Part shown: positions 20,634 to 33,254 of the stretch, in pieces
Numbering within the stretch: position 1 is the stretch's first letter
How the letters are laid out: every line of letters starts with the position of its first letter
Assembly (NCBI GenBank): GCA_963806225.1
Contig: CAWDXG010000001.1
Location: 1,728,001-1,792,000, forward strand
Source of the DNA: an uncultured delta proteobacterium
GTDB lineage: Bacteria > Myxococcota_A > Polyangia > Polyangiales > Polyangiaceae
Length of the DNA: 64,000 nucleotides
Reading direction: 5' to 3'
The notes under the pieces: generated by a model
What the model was told of the DNA's origin: nothing
The model's database searches: none
The model's input: the letters and a program-made list of their open reading frames with translations, nothing else
Program-made: the position numbers and the translations under genes

Positions 20634-23228
20634 ATGGTGGATGCCCCCAAGCGCATCGCCCACTTCCGCATAGGAGAGCGTCTGGGGCGCGGCGGAATGG
20701 GCGTCGTGTACCGCGCCGTGGACGAGAAGCTCGGTCGCAACGTCGCCATCAAGGTGCTTGCGCCCTTTGCCGCCGGCCCGGAAGCGCGTGCCCGCATGCT
20801 GCGCGAGGCGCGCGCGGCGGCCGGCCTGAGCCATCGCAACATCGTCACCGTCTACGAGATGGGCGACGACGGCGAACATTTCTACATCGCGATGGAGCTT
20901 GTCGAGGGGCGCTCACTGCGAGAAATCCTGCGCCGGGCAACCGAACCCATGACGTGGCGGGAGGCGGTACGCGTGGCGCGTGCCACTACTTCGGCGCTTG
21001 CCAGGGCCCACGCGGCCGGCGTGGTCCATCGCGATCTGAAGCCCGACAACGTACTCGTCGCCCAGGACGGCGAGATCAAGCTCGTCGACTTCGGTATTGC
21101 GAAGCTGATCGCCGGAAATTCCCAGGACGACGCCGAGGTCGAGGCGCTCACCGCGACGGGGAGCTGGGTAGGGTCACCAGGCTACATGGCGCCCGAATCC
21201 TTCGGCGAGGGCGAGATCGACGGACGCGCCGACCTGTTCGCCCTCGGCGCGCTGCTGTACGAGCTCCTCACCAGGACGCGCGCGTTCCGCGGTGACTCGC
21301 CTCCCGACACGATCCGCAAGGTCATGCTCGTCGACCCACCCGCGCCGCGCACCGTCGTGCCGGAGATCCCGCCGGCGCTCGAAGCGCTGGTGATGCGATG
21401 TCTGGCAAAGTCCCCCGCGAGGCGCTTCGAAAGCGCCGACGAGCTTCTCTCCGCGCTCGAACGCATCGCTGACGCCGACGCCGACGGGGACGTCGCGACG
21501 CTCGGCGCCACGTCGCTCACCGCCCCGACGGTGCAGATGACGCCAGAGGCTTCTCCCGCTTCGTCGCTTTCGAAGACCACGGCGAGGCGCGGCTTGTTGA
21601 CGGCGGCGGGCGTGCTCGCGGCGCTCGTTGCCGTTCTGATCGCCGTCGGCACCCTGCGTTCGCGCGCACGCGCAGGGGCGCCGCCCGCGCAGCCAGCAGC
21701 CAGTGCTCGCGCTCCGAGCCCATTTTCGGATCCGCGTCCTGTCGCGAAGTGCAACAAGGCTGCGCGTCGCCAGTACCTCGAAGCGATGCGCGTGCTCCAT
21801 GACACCGGCAGTTCCAACGCGGAAGACTTGTTCGAGAAAGCCGGCAAGGTTGATCCCGGGTGCGCGGTCACACAGCTGCGCGTCGCGCTGATGACGCTGA
21901 ACAGCACGGCGCGACGCGAGGCGTTCGAGCGCACGCTGGGCATGATCTCGGCCCTCCCGTCGCGCGAAGCCGCGCTGGCCCGGGCCTACGTCCCCGAGGT
22001 CGCCCGGGATCCGCCGGATCACGCGGCGACCTCGCGGGCTCTCGTCGCGCTGGCGGATTCCCGTCCCGGCGACGCCGAGCTGCAGGTTCTGGCCAGTGAA
22101 GAAGCGCCCGACGCGCCGACGGCGCGGCGTCTCGCCGAGCGTGCGCGGCAGATCGACCCATCTTTCGCCAACGTCTGGACGACCCTGTACGACGTGGCCA
22201 TGCGCACCGACGATCCGAAAGCGGCGCGCGCCGCGATCGACGCATGCAAACAGCACGCGCCCGCGGCCCTCGGGTGCAAGGAGTCGTTGAGCGATCTGCT
22301 CTTGCGGACCAATGACTGCGCAGGGCTCGAGACCGAGGCCCGCCAGGTCAAGCTGCAATCGGACGACACCGGAGTCTACTGCGACATCGCGTTCGCGCAG
22401 GCGACCCTGGATCCAGCAAGCCCTCTCGTACCCGAAGCTATCGACCAATGGGAGCGGCGGATCACCTACAAGCATCTGTTCGTCGCGGAGACCTGGCGCG
22501 TGGCGCGCAAGGTACTGCTGGGGGACTTCACGGGCGCCGACACCGATCTCCGGAAGCTCTCCGTCCAGGTCAAGCCCGAGGCCAACCTCGATCCCCATTT
22601 TCGCGTTGGAGGCCTCGAGTTCGAACTACGGGTCGAACGCGGTGACGACGCCGCAGCGGCGCGCTTCGCCGTCGACTTGCTGTCGCGCCGGCAGGCCTGG
22701 AACCGTTCGGTCCGCAACACCAAGCGCGTCCGCTGGGAAGTCGCCCGCATGGGCAGCCTCGTCGCGGCCTCGGCGCTTTCTGCCCAGTGGGACCTCGCCG
22801 CATGGCAGAAGGAGCTGGCTTCTCTGCAGCCGACGCCAGAGGTGACGTGGGCATACGGCACCGCCATGTTCGTCCGCACTCCGGCCGAAGCTCGCGAGGC
22901 CATGAAGACGGCGCCCCCAACGCACGTGATCCCGTACCAGGCTACGCAGGTCGAGCTCTTGATCGGAAGCACGGCCCTGCTCGCCGGCAACCCGAAGGCG
23001 GCCCTCCCGCACCTGGACAGCGCGGCCCATCGCTGCGACGCCCTGTACAACCCCTTCGAGCACACGCGCGCGTGGCTCCTGCTCGGCGAGGCGCGCGACG
23101 CGCTGCACGACAAGAGCGGCGCATGCGCGGCGTATCAAGCGGTGCTGGATCGGTGGGGAAAGGCCAACGCGCGCTCGGTCACCGCCGACGAAGCCCGCAC
23201 GCGCGCCCGGGCGCTTGGTTGCAACTGA
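20634..23228 (+). CDS. Transmembrane Ser/Thr protein kinase with extracytoplasmic TPR-like region
   Basis: LGRGGMGVVY, VAIK, HRDLKPDN, DFGIAK, GSPGYMAPE; TM segment; helical C-terminus. Confidence 0.95.
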   Translation: MVDAPKRIAHFRIGERLGRGGMGVVYRAVDEKLGRNVAIKVLAPFAAGPEARARMLREARAAAGLSHRNIVTVYEMGDDGEHFYIAMELVEGRSLREILRRATEPMTWREAVRVARATTSALARAHAAGVVHRDLKPDNVLVAQDGEIKLVDFGIAKLIAGNSQDDAEVEALTATGSWVGSPGYMAPESFGEGEIDGRADLFALGALLYELLTRTRAFRGDSPPDTIRKVMLVDPPAPRTVVPEIPPALEALVMRCLAKSPARRFESADELLSALERIADADADGDVATLGATSLTAPTVQMTPEASPASSLSKTTARRGLLTAAGVLAALVAVLIAVGTLRSRARAGAPPAQPAASARAPSPFSDPRPVAKCNKAARRQYLEAMRVLHDTGSSNAEDLFEKAGKVDPGCAVTQLRVALMTLNSTARREAFERTLGMISALPSREAALARAYVPEVARDPPDHAATSRALVALADSRPGDAELQVLASEEAPDAPTARRLAERARQIDPSFANVWTTLYDVAMRTDDPKAARAAIDACKQHAPAALGCKESLSDLLLRTNDCAGLETEARQVKLQSDDTGVYCDIAFAQATLDPASPLVPEAIDQWERRITYKHLFVAETWRVARKVLLGDFTGADTDLRKLSVQVKPEANLDPHFRVGGLEFELRVERGDDAAAARFAVDLLSRRQAWNRSVRNTKRVRWEVARMGSLVAASALSAQWDLAAWQKELASLQPTPEVTWAYGTAMFVRTPAEAREAMKTAPPTHVIPYQATQVELLIGSTALLAGNPKAALPHLDSAAHRCDALYNPFEHTRAWLLLGEARDALHDKSGACAAYQAVLDRWGKANARSVTADEARTRARALGCN

Positions 23229-23955
23229 CGACGGCGAGGCGTGCGGGAGCGATTGCCAAGGCGGCGTGTCGCCGCTGGCGCGGCCGGCAACGGATGCGGC
23301 GTGGCACGTCTCCGTGGCGTAGTGGCCCGGGCCCGGTTGGTCAGGATCGCGCGGCGGGCCACGCATAGTGCTTTTCCTGATGGCACGCGGGGCACGACAG
23401 GCTCAGCTTGCCCTTACGCCCTGTCCACACCGATGTGCTTCAGACTGTTGCGGTGCCCGATCTTCGGCTTGGACTCGAAGCGCCCCTCGGGCTCGGGCCC
23501 CGCCAGGTCGCCGACAGACTGCTTGGCGTCGTGGAATCACGGCCGACTTCGCCCCGAAGGGAGTGATCCGGCGGGCCAGGATCAGTGGCTTCGGACATGG
23601 GTACTTCGACATCACGATGTGGGCGGGAGACGCGTGCGATGGATGGCCCGTTCGGCAAGGGCCAGCAACCAGGGCGGGCACGGCGCATCGCGCGTCTGGA
23701 AGATCGATCCGGCGGGCGACACACTGAGCCGTCGGAACGACGCTGTCGCGCCACGAAGTCCCACCCGTGACGGACAGGATAGCGGGTGCGTGGCTCGACG
23801 CCGCCGGCTCGTCAGCGCCTACGTCTACGGCGACGCCGATTTCGAGAAGGCGCTCCAGCTCTGCAGCTCTACGTCCGCCACGCGCGCGACGTTCCCTCCG
23901 GCGCGTTGCAGCGCTCGCGGCTTGATGCTTGGATCCCGTTCTTCCAGCCGCGCCT

Positions 23956-24791
23956 CTAGAACCGCGTAGTGAATCCTCCGCCGAGCGGGGAGGCCGTGAT
24001 GAAAGCCGCCGTCCCGCGCGTCCTCACGACCTTTTCGTGACTCGAAGGCCACCACAAGAAGAAGTACGTCGAAGCTGCCAGCGAAACCGCCGCCACTCCG
24101 AGCGAGACGTCGGCGATCAGGAAATGGCTCCGCGCCGAGTCGCCGGCGTTCGGCTTGCAGCTCGGCGCGCAGCTGTGCTTCAGCTCTAGATACTCGCTCC
24201 GACCTTTCAACCCGAAGTAGGTGAAGCTCCCGAGCCCGACCACGCCCACGCCCGCCAGCACGTAGGCGATCGGCGGCGGCGGCGGTTTCTCGTGGACCGA
24301 CTTGCCGCCCGGGAACGTCACCTCGACCAGGCGATTGCGGACGCCCTGCTGCAACACGACGTTGCGCTCGACGCGGATCCCGCCGGGACGCTCGTACACG
24401 AAGTGGTAGGCGCCCGGGTCCAGCTCGATCGGCGACCCGTCTACCGCTCGGTGGGAGAAGTGACCCTCCACGCCGAGCGTCACATCCGTCAGCTCGCGGC
24501 CCCCCTCGTCCTTGGCGCTGATCACCACCGAAGGGATCGCCCTGGACACCTGGTCCAGCCATTTCGAACAGTCCTTCTCGACCAGACCCGGACAGCTCTC
24601 GCCGGCGCACAACACCAGGCGCGCCCGCGCTTCTATCAACTTCTTGTCCCGGCGAAGGCGCTGCGCATCGTGGTGTGCGGCCAGACACGTAGCGGTGTTG
24701 GAATTCTCCGCCCGGACAGTGCGGCCCGCCGTCGTCAGGCACAGCAGCACCGCTGCGCCGACGATCGCTCCCCGCGTTGCTCCTCGACCGC

Positions 24792-24795
<4 letters not shown>
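23956..24795 (-). CDS. Secreted PEGA-like protein with N-terminal Cys/helical module (kinase-associated)
   Basis: CLAAH..AQRLRR..KLIEAR..L..C..ESCP..V..DC..W; LDPGAYHF; C-terminal hydrophobic hairpin; ATGA overlap with the kinase stop. Confidence 0.8.
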
Positions 24796-26335
<1,540 letters not shown>

Positions 26336-26357
<22 letters not shown>

Positions 26358-27612
26358 TGCCCGTACGTCTTTCCCCCCTTGCCCGTGCAGTACGCCGCTG
26401 CCGCCGTCGGACAGTCGTTCCCCGGCGCCGGAATCCGCTGATAGCTGGTCGACTTCCAGTTGCCGCACTGCACGCAGCAGACCTTGCAGGTGCACGATCC
26501 GGTGTTGCACAGCGTGCAGCCGTTTCCGCTACCGTTGCAGCACGTCTGGGTGCCGGGACACGCCTGGTCCGGCACGCCGCCCGGGCAGCACGGTTCGCCC
26601 ACCTTTCCGCAATGGGCGCACTGGGAGCCGTCGCCGACGCCCAGGCAGACGTATCCGTTCGGCTGCGTGGAACCGCACCAGGTGCCGACGGAGGGGCACG
26701 TGTGGCAGGCACCGTCGCCCCCGCAGCGCAGCGCACCGGAGCAGCCCGTGGGAGGCGGACAGCACGGCTGGCCTTCCCCGCCGCAGGAGATGCAGTGCTG
26801 CGTGCCGTCGCACATCATTCCGGCGGTGCACGGCGTCGTGCTCTGGCAGCACGGATCGCCCGGTTGCAGGCCGCAGCTCGTGCACGTACCCGAGAGGCAG
26901 GCCAGATCGCCCGTGGCGCACTTGGCGCCGGTGCCGCAACAGGGTTCGCCGTTCGCGCCGCACGCCGCGGCCTCGCAGTGCCCCTGCGGATTGCAGGTCA
27001 GCCCCGGATCACATTGCCCGTTGCAGCAGGTCTGCCCGTCGGCGCCGCACTGTGCGACGCATTTTCCGCCGCTGCAGCTCAGCCCCTGGTCGGTGGCGCA
27101 GCGTACGATCCCGCTGCAGCAATCCTCGCCCTTCTCGCCGCAACCCGTGCACCTGCCCTGTGTGCACTTCAGCTCGCTCGCATTGCAGGCATCGTACGCG
27201 TCCACGCTCGTCGTGCAGCACGGCTCCCCCGGGTCGCCGCAGTGCTTGCACACGAAGCTGTTGCACGTGCAGCCGCCGGAAGCGTCGACGCTCGAGAACG
27301 TCCGGCGCGCCGTCCAGACCGGAGGCATCTGCCGCGGCATCTGGGCAGTCGCAGCCCGTGCTTGACGGCGGCGCCGCGTCTCCGCCCTCGGTCGCGGCGT
27401 CTCCAGCGTCGGGCGTCGACGCATCCGCACCGCTCGGCGCCGCTACGCATGCGAGATTGTCGCCGCAGACGTTCCCCGCGCAACACGGCTTCCCCTGCGT
27501 GCCGCAGGTCTTGTAGTCAGTGGAAACCGAGTCGAACGTCGTACACGAGACCGCACGCTGTGACGTAGAGCAGCAGCGAAGCAAGAACGAGCCTCGGTCT
27601 TGCGGGCACCAC
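26336..27612 (-). pseudogene. Cys-rich lipoprotein with CG..G(E/Q)PCC repeats, broken by two single-base frameshifts (~27535 and ~27298)
   Basis: Three frames join to give LLLYVTACGLVYDV / DSVSTDYKTCG..GKPCC / SSVDASGGC..CGDPGEPCC; paralog of 28209-29159. Confidence 0.8.
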
Positions 27613-27623
27613 ACAAGCATACC

Positions 27624-28130
27624 TCACTTGCGCGATGCGGCGCTAACGTCAGTGCTCCGCGGCGCGCGCGAGGGCGGCCTCGCGTGCTGTTCCATGGCTT
27701 CCACGAGCTCGGCCAGATCGAACGGCTTGACCAGGATCCCGTCGGGCGCGGCGCTGCCGGCAACGGTCGAACCCTCGTTGGCGGAGATCAGCACGATCCC
27801 CAGATCGGGGCGCGCCGCCCGGGACCTTTCGGCAAAACGTCGCCCGTCGCCGTCACCGAGCATCACGCCCATCGCGACGTAGACGGAGTGCCCCGCCCGG
27901 CGGAGCTGACGGGCGACGGCACCGACGAGCTGATCCGAGCACAGCGCCGCAAGCATGCGCGCGAGCCCGGCGCTTGCGCCACCGAGAGTCTCCTCTATCG
28001 GCCGCCCCACGCATTCCTCGCCGAACCACTCGCGGAACAGGCGGCTCGCTCTCGCGACCCGCCCCTCGTTGTCCACGATGGCCTGCGAACACGGCGCGCA
28101 GACGAATGCGGCGCCGAGGGCGTCATCTGC
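27624..28130 (-). pseudogene. Degenerate PAS-like/receiver remnant
   Basis: AIVDNEGRV (PAS start) joined to MLGDGDGRRFA...IVLISA...LVKPFDLAEL (receiver C-half); phosphoacceptor region missing. Confidence 0.5.
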
Positions 28131-28208
28131 TTTCTGCGCGGAGCTGGTGCGAGGGCCAGGATTCTACCTGCGCTGGAGCTGGACTTCGGAGAGGCGTACG
28201 ATGAAACC

Positions 28209-29159
28209 GTGCGGCTCGAACCGAGGAACGTCCTGGCGATCCTGTTGGGTTCGACGCTGCTCTATCTGACAGCGTGCGGTCTCGTGTACAACGTCGACTC
28301 GGTTTCGAAGGACTTTCCTTCCTGCGGCCATGAGGGGCAGGCGTGTTGTGCAGGGGACAGCTGCGGCGAACACCTGGCTTGCGCCCCGCGGGCGATCGCC
28401 GGCGGAGCCCTCGACGGGTCAACGCCCGACGCAGGGCGTCCCGACGCTGGCGCGACCTGCGATTGCTCGTCCCTCGACGCATCGGTGGCCGCAGAAGCCG
28501 GTGCCGGCTGCGACTGTCCGGAGCGCGTGTGCCAGCACTGCGGCGACCCCGGTGAACCGTGTTGCGGCAGCTCGTGCACCAGTGGCGGCCTGACCTGCAA
28601 CGTCAGCGGGCGCTGCACGGGTTGTGGAGAGCTGGGCGACGCCTGCTGCGCAGGGCCGGTGCTCTGCGCCGCCGGTCTCGCGTGTTCGCAGAACGAATGC
28701 AAACCGTGCGGCGGCGAGAACCAGATCTGCTGCGCGGGTCCTCAGGGGTGTGGCCCCTCCCGCACGTGCGGTGGCGACGGCCGCTGCCACACCTGCGCCG
28801 CCCGCGGCGACTGGTGCAAGTCGGACCCTACGACCAAGTCGATCTGCCTTGGTGTCGGCGACGCCCACCAGTGCGTGAAGTGCGGAGCCACCGGTCAGCC
28901 GTGTTGCCCCAACGGCAGCCAATACCCATCCTGCGACACCCAGCCGGTGTGCTGTCCCCCGCCCGCCGACGGTGCTTCCTGTGCTCAGTATTGCGGTGGC
29001 GGGATCGACTGCGTGTGCAAGTCGTGCTGCTACAAGTGCTCCGACGGCGACGGCTGGAAGCAGATCCACGCCGCACCGACCAACTGCAAGCAGGTTGCCC
29101 GCAAAGCATGCGGAACCGGAAACGTCGAGGACGCGTATTTCAAGGGAGCCTGCCCGTGA
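28209..29159 (+). CDS. Cys-rich lipoprotein with CG..G(Q/E)xCC repeats
   Basis: LTAC lipobox; repeated CG-x-x-G-x-x-CC units. Confidence 0.85.
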   Translation: MRLEPRNVLAILLGSTLLYLTACGLVYNVDSVSKDFPSCGHEGQACCAGDSCGEHLACAPRAIAGGALDGSTPDAGRPDAGATCDCSSLDASVAAEAGAGCDCPERVCQHCGDPGEPCCGSSCTSGGLTCNVSGRCTGCGELGDACCAGPVLCAAGLACSQNECKPCGGENQICCAGPQGCGPSRTCGGDGRCHTCAARGDWCKSDPTTKSICLGVGDAHQCVKCGATGQPCCPNGSQYPSCDTQPVCCPPPADGASCAQYCGGGIDCVCKSCCYKCSDGDGWKQIHAAPTNCKQVARKACGTGNVEDAYFKGACP

Positions 29160-29316
29160 CGTCGCCGCGGGGCGACCCCGGAGAAGCGGCGGCGGAGAGG
29201 TCGTCGCCGCTTCCGTGCTGAACGGGCTCCATCGTGACTACCGGCCAGCAGCGTAATGCCGGGGCATTCATGTCTGCGGATGATGCAGGTAGCCATGACA
29301 CCCCCCGCGGGACCGG

Positions 29317-29691
29317 GTGGAGGTGAAGCAGGGAAAGGAGCTCCACGTCGAGATGCGGGGTGACCGGAAGTTCGAGCTCGTGTGGACGGAAGGGAGCACG
29401 GTAGTCAACACCATCGACGTTCCCTGCAGGAAGGGGCCGGTGGGCTCGAGCGGCGACTACACCTCCCCGGACCTCGCCAAGGCGATCTCCCGGGAGTGGA
29501 AGAAGAACGGCAACCACCGGGCGGCGACCGACAAGAAGTTGGACCAGGCCGTGCTCCACACCGAAAGCACGACCCCGTTCTCGGATGTCATCGCTGTCAT
29601 CGATGCGATCTACACGCCACAGCGCGAGTTCGATTTCGCCGGCAAGAGCCAGAAAGTGCCGGCTTTCAACGTCACCTTCGCGGCGAACTGA
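29317..29691 (+). pseudogene. N-terminally truncated ExbD/TolR-like (AglS-like) protein
   Basis: Periplasmic part DQAVLHTESTTPFSDVIAVIDAI...FNVTF; TM helix with the conserved Asp is absent; no exbB partner nearby. Confidence 0.6.
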
Positions 29692-29818
29692 GACGGCCAT
29701 GAGTTTTCGCCACCTCGACCGGGAGGGCTGATTTTCTCCGGGTCGGGGGGGGGCCGGCGTGGTAGGCCGTGGTGATGGCTTGTCGCGAGCCGGTCGGCGT
29801 TTCCGGAGGGACGCCCAC

Positions 29819-30682
29819 GTGAACGGACGCCTCCTGCTCGTCGTCGCGCTCGTTGCGGTCGGCTGCAGCGGCTCGACGTCCGGCGGTTCGCAGCCGGTCA
29901 GCGAGCAGAACTACGCCAACGCGCTGGCTCACGCCATCTGTGACAACATCGGAAGCTGCTGCCAGAAGAAGAGCTACGGCTACAGCGACGCCAAGTGCCT
30001 GACCCGGTTGCTTTCGACCGCGAGCCTTCCCCCGGACAGCAAGTTCAACGCCCAGCAGGCCGGCGCGTGTGTCGATCTGTACGCAAGCGCTGCCAGGAGT
30101 TGTTCGATCAGCGACGCGGTGGCGCAAAAGCTGGACGCAACGTGCCGCGCTGTGTTCACGGGAGCCAAGCCTCCCGGCGCCTCCTGTCTAGATAGTTCCG
30201 AGTGCGCGCCAGCGAGCGGCGGGGGCGCCTTCTGCAACACTCCCGGCACGGCGGTCACGGGAGTGTGCGTGGCCGTGACGCACGCAACGGCCGGCGCCCC
30301 GTGCGTCGGCAGCTGTGACCAGGAGAACGTCCCCTTTTGCTACAACGCTAGCGGAGCCTCCGTCCCCGACCACGGCGGCGCTTGTTTTGCGACTGATGGG
30401 CTGTATTGCTCGAACCAGGGCACATGCGTCCCCTTGACGGCTCCCGGCAAGGACTGCTCCGTGACTCCCTGCGCGGCGGGCGCCTACTGCGACACGTACG
30501 GCACGGGCGTCTGCCAGGTGTACGCGCAGCTCGGCGGCGATTGCAGCCAGGGCCAGCAGTGCGCTCGCAATGCCAACTGTGGCTCGGCCGGCACGTGCCA
30601 AGCCATGCCGTCGGACAACTCGATAGTTGACGCGGCGCTGTGTTCCGGTGTCGGCGGTAGCGGCGCGGACGCCGGACCGTGA
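29819..30682 (+). CDS. Cys-rich lipoprotein
   Basis: AVGC lipobox; AIC....CC; many C-x-x-G-x-x-C modules. Confidence 0.85.
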   Translation: MNGRLLLVVALVAVGCSGSTSGGSQPVSEQNYANALAHAICDNIGSCCQKKSYGYSDAKCLTRLLSTASLPPDSKFNAQQAGACVDLYASAARSCSISDAVAQKLDATCRAVFTGAKPPGASCLDSSECAPASGGGAFCNTPGTAVTGVCVAVTHATAGAPCVGSCDQENVPFCYNASGASVPDHGGACFATDGLYCSNQGTCVPLTAPGKDCSVTPCAAGAYCDTYGTGVCQVYAQLGGDCSQGQQCARNANCGSAGTCQAMPSDNSIVDAALCSGVGGSGADAGP

Positions 30683-30779
30683 CCTTCGTCTTCCAGTTGG
30701 GCGCCTGGTTCTGGACAGCCCTACCGCGCCGGCACAACCGGCATCGGATTCATCGCCGCGTGCGACGGGTCGACCTGCA

Positions 30780-31550
30780 GGTCCACCTCGGTGCCGTTCG
30801 ACACCCTGCCGCCGCAGTTCCACCCAGCGAGCGGGGCAAAACGTTTTCTTCGGTCCCCATCGGTTTCGCGCCTGGCGGAGAGTGCACAACGAAGTGCGAT
30901 TTCAGCGTGGTGCCGGACACGTGCGGCGCGTGTGGCGCCTGCAGCAGCACGCTGGGCGGATCGCCGGGTTGGCGCGACGCGGGGCTTACCGTCCGGCCCT
31001 TCGCCGTGCTCCAGGGCAGCCCGAGCGACGCCATCTGCCGGCTGAAGTGCACCTTCGACACTGCGACCAACGGCGGATGTCCCACCGGCTACACCTGCGA
31101 CCCCGCCGAGTCGGTCTGCGTCGATGCGATCAGCCCGATACGACGAAGCCCGGTGCCTGCAGCCCCTACTGTGATCCGTCCGGCGGCGACGCAGGCGCCG
31201 CCTGCGGCAGCGGCGAAGTCTGCGAGCAGGTCAGCGGCAAGTCGTACGGCTTCTGCCGCAAGCTCGACCAGCTATGTTTCTCCGACGACGACTGCTACGG
31301 CATCCAGGCCTGCCTCGTAGAGGGCAACGACTTGAACGGTCGTTGCGTGGACGGCTGCACGTCGAACGGCGATTGCGCTTCCGGCGACGAGTGCGTCATC
31401 CACAGTGGCACCCGCGGAGTCTGTCGCGCGTCGGGTGCAGCCTGCTCGCCGTCGACGAACAACATCCAGCCACTACGGGGCGATGCGCAGTGCATCTCGA
31501 GCGAGATCTGCAGCTCCACGCAGCCCAATGTGCTGGGGACCCGCGGGTAG
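30780..31550 (+). pseudogene. Fragmented Cys-rich protein
   Basis: GGECTTKC...CPTGYTC in one frame, switching near 31130 to GACSPYC...C.SD.DC repeats; no good start. Confidence 0.6.
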
Positions 31551-31713
31551 CTAGTTCGCGACGAACCCGATCCACACGTGGCTCTCCGAGCCCAGCGTGG
31601 ACTGCAAGAACAGCATCGAGCCGCCATAGCGGTCGGCCAGCCCTCAACGCGGCGCCTTTGGGAAGCGACGGCTCGCTGGACGGATTGTCCAGCGAGTCCG
31701 GGGAGATACAAAG

Positions 31714-31791
31714 TGGTCGGGGCGAGTGGATTCGAACCACCGACCCCTTGACCCCCAGTCAAGTGCGCTAACCAAACTGCGCTACGCCCCG
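31714..31791 (-). tRNA. tRNA-Pro (anticodon GGG)
   Basis: CGGGGCGTAGCGCAGTTTGGTTAGCGCA-CTTGA-CT-GGG-GG-TCAAG-GGGTCGGTGGTTCGAATCCACTCGCCCCGACCA; cloverleaf with encoded CCA. Confidence 0.97.
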
Positions 31792-31890
31792 ACCGCCCCC
31801 GGCGACCGGGCGGGTCGTCGAGGGTGAGCGGAACGTAGTCGAACAGACCGCGAATGCAAGCCTGCCGTCGGGCTTTGTGCAGCGGCGGAG

Positions 31891-33192
31891 TCAGCCGCGG
31901 GTTTTGGGGCTTTCCGGGGCGGCTTCCTGCTCGTCCGGCTCGGCCGCCTGAGGCGGGTCGGACGCGGCGTCGGTCCGCTTGGAAATCCGCGCGATGTGCC
32001 GGGCGAGCCGCCGGTAGAGCTCGCCGGCCAGTGCCGGGTCCGCGTCGCACACCTCCTCGAAGTCGTCGGCCCGCACGCGCAGGAGCCGCGCGGTCCGGCT
32101 CACCGTCGGAAGCGGACCCTCGCCCCACACGCCGACCAGCGACTCGGGGAAGACCAGCGCGCCGGTCCCCACCTGCCGGTTTCTGGCGCCGACGCCGCTC
32201 AGGATGCCGTCCAGCACGATGTACGCGACCAGATCGCTCGCGATGACGCGCGGCACGCTCGCACCCGCTTCGAGCTCGATCTCGACCGCCGCGGCCAGCG
32301 CTTCGAGCATCAGCGGCTGGGGCAGATCGCTGAGCAGCGGGCTCTGCCCCGCGCGCTGCAGATCCGCCGCACCCAGCCCGCGATCCTCGTCCGGTCGCTT
32401 GACGAAGCGATCGCCGATCTCGATCACGACCGCCGTGGCGTTGTCGCGCCCTTTCTGTCCGGCGCGACCGACCAGAGCGTGCGCGGCGTCCTCGGTCGAG
32501 CCCAGCCGGAGCAGGTGCGCCAGCTCGCTCTCGCCGTCGAGCTGGTCGTGCACGCCGTCGGAGCACAGCAGCAGCCGATCGCCGCGGGCGAGATCGACGA
32601 ACAGCGCGTCGGCGGCGATCACGTCGGCGATGCCGATCGCATTGATCAGCCGGTTGTGTCCCTGCGCGCGGAGTCGTGGACCCAGCTTGCCGTCGGCCTT
32701 CAGCGACTCGAGCTGCGCGTGGTCCTGCGTGAGCTGCAGCACGGCGTTCGAACGCGCCAGGTACACGCGGCTGTCGCCCGCGTGCGCGACGAACGCGCGA
32801 TCGCGCGCGAGCCACACCACGTCGAGCGTGGTGCCCATGCCGCGCCGCGCTGGATCGAGATCGGCTTCCTGTCGCACCTTCTCGTTGGCGCGCTCCATCA
32901 CGCGCTTGAGCCGCGCCAGCATGTTGCGGCGCGTGTCGAGGTCCGGCCGCGCGCAGTACTGGTCGCAGATCCGCTGCGAGGTGTCGTCCGCGATCGCCGC
33001 TTTCACCTCGTCGACCGCCAGCCGCGCTGCGACCTCGCCCGCCGGATGTCCGCCCATGCCGTCGGCCACGACGAACAGCGCCAGGCCCGGCTCGAGCAGC
33101 GCAACGTCCTCGTACGTCGAGCGCGCGCGTCCGATGTCCTCGCAGACCGAGAATCCGATCCGGAAGTCGAAGCGGGGAACGATGCTCGCCAC
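31891..33192 (-). CDS. PP2C-family Ser/Thr phosphatase with C-terminal cNMP-binding-like domain
   Basis: VVADGMGGH, GMGTT, HAGDSRVY, LLCSDG and DNAT motifs; C-terminal YIVLDG...F.E.L cNMP-like fold. Confidence 0.9.
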   Translation of the reverse strand: MASIVPRFDFRIGFSVCEDIGRARSTYEDVALLEPGLALFVVADGMGGHPAGEVAARLAVDEVKAAIADDTSQRICDQYCARPDLDTRRNMLARLKRVMERANEKVRQEADLDPARRGMGTTLDVVWLARDRAFVAHAGDSRVYLARSNAVLQLTQDHAQLESLKADGKLGPRLRAQGHNRLINAIGIADVIAADALFVDLARGDRLLLCSDGVHDQLDGESELAHLLRLGSTEDAAHALVGRAGQKGRDNATAVVIEIGDRFVKRPDEDRGLGAADLQRAGQSPLLSDLPQPLMLEALAAAVEIELEAGASVPRVIASDLVAYIVLDGILSGVGARNRQVGTGALVFPESLVGVWGEGPLPTVSRTARLLRVRADDFEEVCDADPALAGELYRRLARHIARISKRTDAASDPPQAAEPDEQEAAPESPKTRG

Positions 33193-33254
33193 GCCGCCTA
33201 GCGTAGTCGCCCCGCGAGCCGAGCGCGCGGATTCGTGATACAGGCGGCGCCAGT

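Noticed and set aside
23230..23950. Possible gene between the two kinase loci
   Set aside because: Only short coding-like patches in mixed frames; no family could be recognised.
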